Both the position numbers and the translations under genes were made by a program. Positions 12,493 through 27,032 of a stretch of DNA of 64,000 nt are shown here, piece after piece. The first letter of the stretch is position 1, and every line of letters begins with the position of its first letter. Source of the stretch: Setoptus koraiensis (taxonomy: Eukaryota; Animalia; Arthropoda); assembly GCA_048013815.1 (NCBI GenBank), contig CM106586.1, forward strand, positions 18,476,001 to 18,540,000, in the 5' to 3' direction. The notes under the pieces are model-generated. The model did not search any database, was not told the DNA's origin, and saw only the letters and a program-made list of their open reading frames with translations.

Positions 12493-13416
12493 ATGCCGCA
12501 ATCAATGGCAGAGGGTGCAGCAGTGGTGGTTGACGACCGCCTTAGAGCCGCCAAACGTAAAAGAGCCCAAGAGAAAGCCTACGCCGAATATAAATTACTA
12601 AATCAAGAGATTGATTCTTTTGACCGAGTTGGTCGCACAGAGGAGGCAAATGAATTCATCAGCAAACATCTAGCCAAAACAGCCAAACTGTACCCCAAGA
12701 TACACAAGAGATACGATTTGGCTCCTATAGACGCGGAACATTTTAAGAGATTGGCTGCATTGGGAGAAGAGGCCACCAAAAAGTTTAAAATTGGCTCGGC
12801 ACTGTTTGACCTAATAGTATTTGGTAAAAAACTCAAACGAGCCATCTCAAGTGTGGAGGCTACAGATAATGGTTTCTATGCCAGATGTGTCTTAGCTAAA
12901 GGCATTAATGATTGTATACCCAGTGCGCCCGCCTTTGAATTCGCCTACGGTGCCATCAATCCCGAAGGCATTGAACCTAGAGCAAGAATTGTGAGAAGGA
13001 TAGATAGGAAGCTTAAAACCGAACCTAAGGTCTTCGTTAAAGCAACAGAGAAAGACACCGCAGCAGAGACCAACCAAGATGCCACTCCAAAAGAGGTAGA
13101 CCACATTTACAAACGTTTAAGAGTCAAGGCTAAACGAAATAATGTAGAACAAATAGCCATTCTAGACAATGTTCTCGATCCACAATCATTCGGTCAGTCA
13201 GTGGAAAATCTATTTCATTTTTCATTCCTAGTTAAAGATGGTAAAGTGGCCATCCAAGAATCGAATGACGGAAAGCCAATGTGTAGATTCATCAAACCGA
13301 CTTCTTCACAAAACGACACGAAAGACAAAAATCAATCTATTTTGTCTTTCAGTATGGCAGACTACAGGAGATGGATCCACGAATCGAGTGGCAGCGAAAA
13401 TAACGAAAATAGTTGA
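12493..13416 (+). CDS. NSE4: Non-structural maintenance of chromosomes element 4 (SMC5/6 kleisin), intronless; start at ATG 12493 or 12505
   Basis: C-terminal Nse4_C signature DPQSFGQSVENLFHFSFLVKDGKV...NQSILSFSMADYRRW; ~305-aa length typical of the family. Confidence 0.9.
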   Translation: MPQSMAEGAAVVVDDRLRAAKRKRAQEKAYAEYKLLNQEIDSFDRVGRTEEANEFISKHLAKTAKLYPKIHKRYDLAPIDAEHFKRLAALGEEATKKFKIGSALFDLIVFGKKLKRAISSVEATDNGFYARCVLAKGINDCIPSAPAFEFAYGAINPEGIEPRARIVRRIDRKLKTEPKVFVKATEKDTAAETNQDATPKEVDHIYKRLRVKAKRNNVEQIAILDNVLDPQSFGQSVENLFHFSFLVKDGKVAIQESNDGKPMCRFIKPTSSQNDTKDKNQSILSFSMADYRRWIHESSGSENNENS

Positions 13417-16076
13417 CTTATTTTCATATCTTCCAGCCCCTATCTGAATATACGATCTGGTGAAAATCTCACCGATAACAGATTACTCGTGAGCATAGAA
13501 ATATAAGTATTGCTTTATCGATATGTTCACACGACTTCTTCCCCCCGGACGTAAGATTAACCAAAATAAACACCCATATGTGATGTCAATTCCAAAAATT
13601 TGAAAAGTTGATAGCAAATCGACTTATAAAGTACAATAAAGTAATTAATCAATTAATCAATCAAGATCATCTATTGCCCAGCATCAAGAATAAGATTGCA
13701 GAGAGCGGATTTGCATCTTATATTGTATCCATCATCATAGTTTATCGCGTTACTTTTACCACTGTTTGTTTAAGTTTTTGTTGGAGACTCGTCGAATGGC
13801 AAGAAAAAATGGATGTTTGTGATTTGAGAATTGGGCTATATAGCCATATTTATATGTAGTCTGTTATGGTGAGTCGGACTGACACTGTCAGTAGTGGTCA
13901 GTGGGCCTCACCTTATTGACAAGTCTGACTACGAGTGAACTTCTCAACGGACTGTTCTGTTTAGATTGGGTGGATCAGCAGCCAATTGTTACGGTTCAGA
14001 TCCAATGACAATTGTGCTCCCGAGATAACAAACGCCAACGAACGAATGGGTCAATATTAATTGGCGGCCATCATCGTGTGAAATGGGGCTTTGTATGGAG
14101 CGTAGCGAAGAATTTTCGCAGTGGTATGTTCTAGAATGTGCTTTGAACCACAGACAAGGGTGAGAATTATCTCAAAGTTCAGCGTGGGTCGGATAGGATT
14201 AGACGAGGAATCATGTGAGCTGTTCGTTAAATGTCGTTACAAGCGAATATGGAACAAATGAGAATGCCACGATTCACCAAAATAGAAGGTAGATAGCACT
14301 TAAAAAGCTTCGCGCTTCGATTTAAAGGTTTTGTTGTACTCAAGTTTGCGAAGCCTCACAGGAAAGAAGCAGCGTTCGGGTGGTCGGTGTGCTTAATTTA
14401 GAAGACGATATCAAGTTTCTATATTGGCCTGGCGCATGTGGTTGTGGCGTTAGGCGCGATTTAGGGGCGATTTAGAGGTTTTGGGTGCCGCTGGGTCGGA
14501 GGGGGGGTTTGGGGGCCAATATGCACGCTTAGTGTGCGTCAAACTAATTGTAATGCGTGTGAACGATTGATTATAAACGCGTTCAAGTCAATGAAGTTAA
14601 TATAATGTATCGTGGTGGCGGTGGGGGACCTTTCACAAATCGCGATCGAGCGCGTCGATAAATCAGTGGGGCGCCCAGCAGTCATCGGAGCAGCATCATT
14701 CACCGGAGATTGATGCCAATTACAGTTGACAGTTACACACACACTAAGCATGCATATTGGCAGGTATGCACGGGCCGGGTGCCTGGGCACCTGATGTAGC
14801 AAGTGTAAGTCAACTTAAATGTCAGCGTGTGTCCGATTGTTTGTCGTCACACGGGGGCCATTTGTGTGGCACGCGCTTGATTGGGGCGCTGGGGCGCGCT
14901 GGGCCCAGTCGGGGCCCCAGCCAACAGCCAGCCAACAGCCAGCCAATAGTTGGCGGTGGCCAGGGGCAAAAAATAAATAATGTGCCTGTGAGTAGCGCAA
15001 GCTCCGGGAGGGCCCCAAATTGCATGTTTTATTGGTTGCTTTTATGGTTGATTTGCGAGCAATTGGACAGACATTCGAAGATACAAAGTGTTGGTATTCC
15101 GACAGTGTCATTGCAACGACGAGCGGCATATAAATAAATAAATAATATGGCACCGACAGGTCGGTGTGCAACGCACAGTAGTTAGTGGAGCAGTTATAAC
15201 GGGATAAACTGACAGATGTCAATTTAGTGTTGAATTGCGTGTGTCAGCGACTAGCTTGTAAAACGCGTGGGATCGCGTTAAATTGCATTGGATCGCATTG
15301 GCATGGCTGAGATTGAAAATTTGCGCGCGCGCGCGCTCGCGCGTTTGCTCGTATGCTTACGTAATGCCATAATGTCGGCTGTTTGTTTGTTTGTCTGCTG
15401 CTGTTGCTGTTGTTACATAAGAGAGGGACACTTTTTTAATAATAGACAGTCTGTAACAGTCTGTTACGTTGGCAGTCAGTCAGGCCAACAGCCAGCCAAA
15501 ACGGCGGCCAGTCAGACGGAGGGCGAGTGGTGAAACGAGCGCGATTGTTCTAGCAATAAGTCAATTCTTCCCTTTTGTCTTGCACAATCTTTTTGGCCTG
15601 CTGCCTGGGATGAGTAAAGGGCATGATAGTGGCCTAATGTTGCCCCCTGCCCATATCGACTGTTTGTTTGTGCGTTGTACACGGCAACCTATTCACCGCC
15701 AACAACAACAGCAACGACAGCAACAACAGCAACGACGACGACAACAATAACAACAACCCACAAACAGCAAATAAAACGAGCAAACACGATACAAATAAAC
15801 ACAACGCACGGCCGAGCGTGTGAGCAAACAGTGCATCCGATCGGAGCCGATTGGATCCAATTGGATCCAATTGGATCTGGATCGGTGCCGGGCCGGCAGC
15901 AACGGCGTGCAGCGGTCGCGTTTGTGGAGCATGAATAGTTGAATAACAATCACAGCGCCCTGATCACGCAAACCAGATCTTTGTCGCCGGCTGTCATTAT
16001 TGGCGTCTTGCCATTATTGGCCAGCGGCTAACAGTAAAGTTGAACACGTAATGTCACACCAACGGTGCACCAACAG

Positions 16077-16154
16077 GGCGCTGCATGGCGCTGCACGGTG
16101 CTATATGGCGCTGTATGGTGCTATATGGCGCTATATGGCGCTATATGGCGCTGT
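16077..16154. repeat. Tandem 10-mer array (GGCGCTATAT-like), ~7.5 drifting copies
   Basis: Direct reading: ggcgctgcat, ggcgctgcac, ggtgctatat, ggcgctgtat, ggtgctatat, ggcgctatat... Confidence 0.9.
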
Positions 16155-17176
16155 GAGCTGTGGCGATATAATTAATTGAGCGCCGGCTGGATAGTTGCGG
16201 CCAAGTTGCGCGATGCCAGGGCAGATAAAATAATGGTGGCAAAGAATTCGCGCAACGACGCTCGCTCACTTGTTACTAGCAAGTTGTTAGCGCCGAACCG
16301 TCGTCTCGTCGTGATTTGTCGCGATTGTTGTGGCAAGTTGTTGTGGCAAGTTGTTGTGGCAAGTTGTTGTGTGTTGTTGCATGTTGTTTTATGTTGTTGT
16401 TGTTGTTGTTGTTGTCGTTGTTGGTGTTGTTGGTGTTGTTGCATGTTGTTGTCGTTGTTGTTGTTGCATGTTGTTGTCGTTGTTGTTGTTGCATGTTGTC
16501 ATGTGTGGTGTGTGAGCAGCATGTTGGCGTATGAGCAGTGGAGCAGTGGAGAATAAACTGGAAAGTCGATGATATTATCACTTGTTATACACTTGTTCAT
16601 ACTATGTTTGTTTGCAGCTAGTGGCTGGAGTGTGCGCACGCATTCAAATCAGCATCGTCGCTGGCGACTGGATCGTCGCTGCTAGCGCCGACTCGCCGAC
16701 AACAAATCTCGGCGCTCATTCAAACTATCGCCGTCGACAGCTCCATTGGTTTGCCATCAACAACAACAACCAAGACAAAACACAACACAACAACAATTTG
16801 TCAAATCACTGCTCGTTATCCTGGCATAATCAGCATCAGTTAACACACAATTGGTCGCGAACATCAACACGACACCCAATTAATCAGTCAGTGCGTATCA
16901 ATCGATCGATCTGGCTGCCAGCTCGTTTGCCACTCGTCTGTCACTCACAATCAAGCGATCAGCACAACAACATAACACAACAGCAGTCAGCAATTAGAGC
17001 TACTAATTAGTATTTTTCACAACACGACACACTCATTCGCGGATTCATTGTCACGCAAGTCCGACGCACGACACTGTTAGTAGACACAAGTAGACTACAA
17101 CTGGCGCTGATAATAACAATAATTCATTTATATAGCGCTTCATTTGTACGTCGCCCACGCACTCGCGCCGCACGGT

Positions 17177-17256
17177 CGCATACATCACACACCGCATACA
17201 TCACACACCGCATACATCACACACCACATACATCACACACCACATACATCACACAA
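17177..17256. repeat. Tandem 16-mer array (CGCATACATCACACAC)x5, upstream of the ITP start codon
   Basis: Three exact copies followed by two variant copies. Confidence 0.9.
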
Positions 17257-17410
17257 TCACATACGTCGTACCACACAACCAAAGTCACACGAGTCAAACA
17301 AGCGGAATCGCCAGAAACCGGAAGCACGCAGTAGCACGTAATAAGGCAGTAACAAGTAATATAATTACGACAATAATAAGTATATTATATTATAGATATA
17401 TAGTTATATA

Positions 17411-18165
17411 ATGGACACCAACAGAATGATCCGGTCGCTTTCGGTGGCGCTCGCGCTGGCACTTGTGGCGCTGCTGTTCGCGGCCAGCACCAATTATCAG
17501 GTTGAGGCCAAGGGCATATTCAAGCGCAGCTTTGCCGGCCTGGGCTGTCTGGGCGTTTACGACAAGGCCAAGTTTGCCCGGCTAGACAGAGTGTGCGAGG
17601 AGTGCTACCAATTGTACCGAGAGCCAGACATTCATTCAGCCTGCAGGTAAGTTTATGGGAAATCTCATCAATTATTGATGACTTTACAGCGACTCTAAAT
17701 CACTTTTCAGTGCGCAGCCATATCTCATCGCGCCGTCTCGCCATATCTCATCGCGCCGTCTCGCCATATTGCACGTGCCGCCGTGTGAGAGCCCGTATGA
17801 GAGCCCGTGTGAGAGCCCGTGTGAGAGCCCGTGTGAGAGCCCGTGTGAGAGCATCCAGTAACTAATAATCCAGTAACAGAGAATGTGCGTTATGTAATTT
17901 GGTGGCGAAACAACGAGAGTAGGTGCACCCAAATGCGGGTGCAGCTCCACTTGATGTAATAGTTGTGTTGATAGCATCTATCCAATCGCGACTCATATCA
18001 ATCTATGTCTCTCTAAAGTAGGTTCAAGTTGTTGTTTGCGAAGGCACAACAACCATTGACAAGGCGCCGACCATTGCGAGCCAAGCGAGAGCAATCGAGA
18101 GCCAAGAGCGAAATGAAAACAACAACAGTCGGCTGTTTGTTGTTGTTTGCCCTCGTCGTCAACAG

Positions 18166-18200
<35 letters not shown>

Positions 18201-19886
18201 GCAACGACAACAACGACTCATCACAACACCGTCCGTGTTTGCCGATCGCACAGCGCAAACCAGGCTGGCACTGCAAATGATGATAGCAATCAGTATAATT
18301 AGAATCGCCAAATCTGGATCAAATTGGAAAATATCTGTTTTGTTTGCTTCTTCGTTACCATTACTATTATTATCATTATCGTTGTTATTATCCGCGTTGC
18401 TTGTTATTACCATACGTTGGCTTGTGCGGCGACGGTCGGTTTGACGCGCTCGGTATCATTGCCGTACCATCGCTATACCATTGCCGTATTATTGCCGTAT
18501 TATTGCCGCTTGCACCAATGTTGTAGTAATGGCACAGTAATGGAGGCGACACAATAACGTCAACGACAATCTTGTCAGCTAACTCGCTCCATTTAGTTAA
18601 TGGCCAATATCAATCATCGCGATCAGCCCATAATGATGATTGATCTTGATAAAAACTTTCAATTCACTCACGAGTAGCTATATTCCAATAATAGAGCTGC
18701 GACTTGTGATTATGGCAGCGACGAGCAATAAATAAATTGCTCTACAATATTGATTGCACTGATGCACTTGCCTTTATTGTCATTATCGGCGCTTGGCATT
18801 GTTGCCATCGTTGCTGCTGCCTATTACAGCCGCGATAGTACTATTAATATACTATTAATATCTGGTGCTGGCGGTGATATTATTAAACAGCCACATCTCG
18901 CGCGATGATCGTTACGATTATTATTAATCACAATGGTTATTAATATCATTATTATGTAGTCATCGTAATGACTCTGGATCCTCGCAGATGATTGCGCCAC
19001 CAATCGGTTGTGTTGTTGTCGTCGTTGTTGTTGTTGTTGTCGTACTGTGACTGCTAACTGTCACTCTTGTGTCTAGCTTGCCAACCACCACGACAAGTGT
19101 TTGCTTGATACAACGACGACGACGACGACGACGACGACGACAACAAGTGTAGCCATTGACACTGGTTGTAGTGTCAATGGCTACACTCGATGGCTCTCAA
19201 ATAATCGCTATTTAATGAAATTAGCGAAAGTTTATCGGCTACGGCGACAGTCAGTGCGAGTCTTGTGATCTGATCACATCCTCATCATCATTGTCACACT
19301 TGGCGCTCATTAGTCACACTGTGTGTAGTCACTGCCGAATCACAATATATCGCTGTATATCGCTGTATATCGAGCATATCATATCGAGTATATCACTGCT
19401 TGGGATACACTACTTCATGTTAATTAATTATTGTCTCTCGCCAGACAGATTAACTATCTACACTATCGATTATGACCTATAACCGCTGAACATGCTATTA
19501 TTAATAGCAGTGTATTGGCGCGGCACTCGAGCAAGGCCAATACACATTATTAATAATAGACGCGCCACTTGATTGATATTAGCTTATTAACGCGACACAC
19601 ACACACACTGTCGCTCATCACTGTTGTAATGTCATCAGTTTACACTTTCTTTTACAACAATTTACACTGTCACTCCCACGCACACTTAATTAATTACTTA
19701 TCTAATCCGCCGCATCTATATCGTTATATTTATTTGATTATCTACTCACAATCATGCATCATATGTTTGCATTATAGGCAAGACTGTTTTAGGAATACGG
19801 TGTTCTCGCGTTGCGTTGACGCCCTTCTCCTCACTCACGAACAAAAGAAATTCGAAGACATGGTCGAGGAACTATACGGCAAATAA
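17411..19886 (+). CDS. ITP: Ion transport peptide / CHH-superfamily neuropeptide precursor. Exons 17411-17646 and 19778-19886
   Basis: Signal peptide, short KGIF spacer and KR site, then mature SFAGLGCLGVYDKAKFARLDRVCEECYQLYREPDIHSACR|QDCFRNTVFSRCVDALLLTHEQKKFEDMVEELY-GK. Six Cys at positions 7, 23, 26, 39, 43, 52; phase-2 intron in the Arg40 codon; GK amidation signal. Confidence 0.95.
17781..17852. repeat. Tandem 12-mer array (CCGTGTGAGAGC)x6 in the ITP intron
   Basis: Five exact copies and one single-substitution copy. Confidence 0.95.
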
Positions 19887-21118
19887 TCGGCTTAGTGAGA
19901 GAGACACCGAGAGAGAGAGATACCACATATATCACACATCACCACCACACACAACCTCACAGGCCTCACGCCACACCCCGCCCCCGCAACCCAACTAACC
20001 AGGCTGGTTCAAACGTGAATGAAAATTTAGGAGTCTCAAAATAATAACAATTACATCATTATCACCATCATTATCACCGTCATAATCATCATAATCATCG
20101 TCACATCATCACCATAATTATTATTATTATTATTATTACATCATCATCATCATCATCATCTTCATCATCATCATCATCACAATTATTGTTTGTAGACAAA
20201 CAAACACACACACACAGTTGGTGCTTTTCAAGTGTCAGTCGGCTAATTAATAATAATAACAACAGCAGCAGTGCTGTAGATAGACTCTGCCGCAAGCAGC
20301 AAGAGTTTGTCGTTGTTGCTTATTTTAACAACTCACAATAACTCACAACACAACAACCACAATAAACTCATCAGCAAAACACTATCACACTATGATAATC
20401 ATAGACAGTAAATCTACATACACACACTTAGTAGGATCGTGATGACAGGAATCATCTAGAATTACCATCGGAGAGCGGTGGTGACATAGCGGTGATGATG
20501 GCGATATTGTTTCGTTGTCGTCGTCGTGCTCAGATTATCTATTATTAGTGTACCATAAATGATACATATTGTTGTTACAAGAGATGGGAAAAATACCTCT
20601 CGCTCTCTCAGTTTCGTCTTGGTATTTCAATTAGTACCATTGATCATTACTATTATTACTATTATTAATATTATATTGTATTACTAAATGGATGCATGCA
20701 TGGATACACAAATAAATGGATACGCGCACTGTCACGCCAACGACGGCAAAGTGCCGCAAACAGATCGTCTCTGTTGCAGCTTTGACAACAATTTGCTTAT
20801 CTATTACTAAACAGATACCCATCTCCACCAATATCATCATTGTGTTGGTAATTATCAACTTGTGCTGATGATAGATCAGATCAGAGTTATCAGACATGTC
20901 GTTGTCTATATGTCTGTATGTACAGTATATGTTGTAGCGACAATCGCAAATCGTCAAATCAGTCACTTTATCGCTCTGTTCAGAGTATAAATAATCTACT
21001 TTATTCACCTATAACAAGTTGCGAATAAAAGAAAAGAAAAAAACCATCATTGCAAATTAATTACATTATGGCACTCATAAATGTTTTATTGATGCGTCCA
21101 ATCAATTATTTATCAATT

Positions 21119-21120
<2 letters not shown>

Positions 21121-21152
<32 letters not shown>
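21121..21152. repeat. (AC)16 microsatellite
   Basis: Direct reading. Confidence 0.95.
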
Positions 21153-21156
<4 letters not shown>

Positions 21157-23715
21157 GTGAAACAAATCACATCAATTAAGTTCAATGGCTCGCCAACTGT
21201 CGCTCGACTGTCTTGCTTCCGACAACAGGTAGCGATTAAATTTGATAAAAAATTTGCATACGCGCCTCCTTATCGCGATCGGTATCTTTTCTTTTTTAGT
21301 GTTTCGCCAGACAAACAAGATAGGCCCAGCTGATGATAGGCTCCCGTGCGTTGCGAAATAATAACTAATAAAATACCAATCGATTACAGCTAATCAAGTA
21401 GTGGAATAAACCTAGTTGCTCGAGCGATTGTCATCGCTGCACAATCACTACCAAGTGTATGCGATCTGCATCTCGTCTGGTGGTATATTCTTGATGATTA
21501 TATTGGCGTTGTTACATTGTATCAGACAGCGAGGAGACACACAGCCCGAACAGAGAGAGAGAGAGAGAGAGCGGAAATTCTCGCAAAAGAAGAGAAAAAC
21601 CTCCGCTTGGCGAGACTCGCCTGGAGCGCAAAACTTACAGCAAAACTTATAGCAAAACTTATAACAAAACTTACGCCCGGCTTGTCGCTGTTTGACTTGC
21701 CAGTTAGTTGTGTTTGCGAAACAAATCTCCATGTCAAGCCAAAAATAATGTTGCTCGAGATGATTACATGATGATGATGATGATGACTAATCATCTGCAT
21801 GTTAGATAAACAGCTAAAGTTATCAGCGGCGTGAAGCAAAACAGAGAGAAGAAAAAACCACCGATTAAATCCGATGAATGAAACTTGAACTATGAGAATG
21901 AAACAGGTCTACGACAGGCCAATCACCATTAATGTGTGGCGATCGACACATCAATGGACCAGAGACTAGAGACTATTCATGGTTACATGATCATTATTAT
22001 TACTTTTGTGTTGCCTTTCAGTACACCAACAATGACGATCAACCGATAACTTATTTATTTTATTATCATATGCTCATAATGAGTATACTTATGAAAGCGA
22101 CAGAGAAGCCGCCGATAACTCCAAGTCGTCGAGTTCACATATAGCCTCGGGCTCGGGAATAACCTCTTTGGAGTTTGTTTGTTTGCCATGGCGTCTTGTT
22201 TAATTAAACCATGTTCATTACCTTGTTTTGTTGGCCTGACCACGTTGTTGACAGTGTAAAATGTGGCCAGCGAACATAAAGCCACATAGTTACAGTTGTG
22301 CCCTATTGGTGTCAGTCTGTTGACAGATAGACCAGATACACAATAACAGATATGTAACAACAATCAATTAATATTGACACGTTCATCTGTCAATTGTTCT
22401 AGAACTATTGTGACGCTCACAATTGACCCATCTACTGTCATTGAAACTCACGTTCTAGGCCTTTCCTCGACGCGTTCAACACCTGAACTGTCTCTGTTGA
22501 CGATAAGGCTGACTTTTTTTGCCAACAATTGTAAGATTTACCATCATCAGATAAATTATAGTGGTGATTGTTTGCGAGCCAGAGAGGAAATTTTGCCTCG
22601 TGCTCGTCATTGAAAATATACCAGCTGAATGCAGTGTATATCACGATCATCGATTGTCTTGTCAAGTTCAGTAAATGTACCACAGAAACTTGAGCTAGCT
22701 ACAACAAGAAATAATAGACGGATGAGGTAGCCTGAGACGAGCAGCTAACAGCATCCTAATAGCCTGACGGTAATATCTTGATTGTGTTTCCATAAAATCA
22801 CGAGTATTGCACTAGTTTGGTGCGATTATGCAATCGTGATTGCCGGATGGCACAACAGTCGGCGATCCGCTGTATCCTTCGAACACACAAGCTAGCGAGT
22901 GTTAATAGGTGCTGATAAGGGAATGAATGCTCATGCTGAATCATATTATAATCAGATCATTAACTGCGAACGACTAATAAATTTAATGAAAAGAAGTGGT
23001 AGTTTGGTTTATCAGCATGACTCACTCTAGCTCGCCTTCTGAACGACTCATGAGCGACTCACGAGATCGCAATAGATACACTAGTATGCCAGTTCAGCCA
23101 TTATGATCGCCTTATTCTCCACAAAGATACACATAAGGGATACAGAAGATGTTGTTGGGTTTTATCGCAAGAATCTCATTGATTCAAGAGGAAATTACCC
23201 TTTCATCGCACAGGAGCGCTGGAAAATTTAGGGCCTTGAACGCTTAGGCAACAGACTTGACACCACCGAAGATAACGCTGGCTGAAACTGAACTCTGTGT
23301 TGGTGAGATAAAGTTGCAAATAAGAATACCAATAATCAATGGATTCGGCTGAGATCTTGTTGCGAAAAGTAGTAGTCATCACATACGACAACTCATCTGA
23401 CAATCTTGACACTTTGTTGCAGACAATTCAGTAATTCAATTCTGGCGCCAAGAAGAACAGCACCAGAGACACCTATCGAGGAACTGCGGAATATTTTCGC
23501 TCAAAGCGGAAAGAAACAACATGCGTGCTAGCTCTGATCATATCCAATGGAGCTGTGTGGATCTCGTTGATTTTGGCATGAATGTTCTGAACCAGACCAG
23601 TCATATCAGACTAGATTACTCAATTATTACTACGAACATTGTTCATCAGACCGGGTACTGGCTATCTCTCATCAGACTATTATATTTATAATAAAGGAAT
23701 ACAACTATCATCAAA

Positions 23716-24517
23716 ATGGGAAGAAGACCGGCCCGCTGTTACAGATACTGCAAGAACAAGCCGTATCCGAAATCGAGATTTTGCCGTGGTGTGCCAGACC
23801 CCAAAATTAGGATCTATGATCTGGGACGTAAGAAGGCCAAGGTGGACGAATTTCCCACTTGCGTTCATTTGATTTCAAAGGAATGGGAACAAATATCGTC
23901 AGAGGCACTCGAGGCGGCTAGAATTTGCGCCAACAAGTACCTGGTCAAGACATGCGGTAAAGACGCCTTCCATTTAAGAGTTCGAGTGCATCCATTTCAT
24001 GTTACCCGTATCAACAAAATGTTAAGTTGTGCCGGAGCGGATAGGCTGCAGACAGGAATGAGAGGAGCCTTTGGTAAGCCCCAAGGAACTGTTGCTCGTG
24101 TCAACATTGACCAACAGATACTTTCAGTTCGTGTCAAAGAGAATCACAAGGAGAATGTGATAGAGGCCCTGCGTCGTGCCAAGTTCAAGTTCCCAGGACG
24201 TCAAAAGGTAAGTGCTGACATTCAAGACTACTGTTATTGCAACGTAATAACTGAGATGACAACTTTTAACAACGGCGCAACATTTATCTTCGAACTAACC
24301 TTATACTAACCACTCGTGTTTACTTCTTTTTCCTATGCCTCAACAGATTGTTGTATCCCGCAAATGGGGTTTCACCAAATGGGACTTGGATGAGTACCAG
24401 AAGTTGAGATCGGTTGGTAGATTGCAACCAGATGGTGTGTATTGCCATTACTACGGCAATCATGGTCCATTTAGCCAATGGGTAATGATTCAGAGAAAGA
24501 ACAGAGGTCTCGCGTGA
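23716..24517 (+). CDS. RPL10: 60S ribosomal protein L10 (uL16), copy 1. Exons 23716-24207 and 24347-24517, 220 aa
   Basis: [37 protein letters not shown]...[25 protein letters not shown]; 139-nt GT-AG intron with TACTAAC branch point restores GRQK|[11 protein letters not shown]. Confidence 0.98.
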
Positions 24518-24909
24518 AGAAATGAAATTAATTGTAATCATTTGCGTGGGTGCAAAAGTAAAAATAAAATTCAATAAATGATTAACGAATTTAATTCAAA
24601 AATTTGAACGTTTTGTTATTGGAATCGTGTTCTTGACACGCTAGTTTATTTATTAATTGGCTGATTGATTAAAGTATAGTAATAAATGATCAGTGAATGT
24701 CTATGTAAGTATATATGCATGTTTGTTTGTATGTATGTATGTATGTATGTATGTCTATGTATATATATATAGTTAGATAGGTAGATAATTAAATGTGCTT
24801 TATATGCATCTTGCTTAGAGATGTATGGTGGTTGTTGATATATATATATATAGTGTGAGTGTTGGTTCGAGATAATAAGACTAATAATAATAATGATAGA
24901 TTCTGCCGC

Positions 24910-26605
<1,696 letters not shown>

Positions 26606-27032
26606 GCGGCAGAATCTATCATTATTATTATTAGTCTTATTATCTCGAACCAACACTCACACTATATATATATATATCAACAACCACCATACATCTCTAA
26701 GCAAGATGCATATAAAGCACATTTAATTATCTACCTATCTAACTATATATATATATATATATATATACATATACATACACATACATACATATATACATAC
26801 GTACATACATGCATACATACATACGAACATGCAAATATACTTACATATACATTCACTGATCATTTACTACAATACTTTAATCAATACGCCTATTAATAAA
26901 TAAACTAGCGTGTCAAGAACACGATTCCAATAACAGAACGTTCAAATTTTTGAATTAAATTCGTTAATCATTCATTTAATTTTATTTTTACTTTTGCACC
27001 CTATGCAAACGATTACAATTAATTTTATCTCT

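Noticed and set aside
13600-14420. High-complexity block that at first suggested an rRNA fragment or decayed gene
   Set aside because: No conserved rRNA motif found and the best frame is only ~46 codons; needs a database search.
16077-17852. Direct-repeat arrays resembling CRISPR or iterons
   Set aside because: No unique spacers, no cas genes, eukaryotic context.
24208-24309. 197-aa RPL10 ORF end (VSADIQDY...) and its mirror at 27241
   Set aside because: Intron read-through; the spliced product restores the conserved C-terminus.
26606-26700. Histone 3' stem-loop
   Set aside because: No GGCYCTTTTCAGRGCC-type hairpin; consistent with polyadenylated H3.3.
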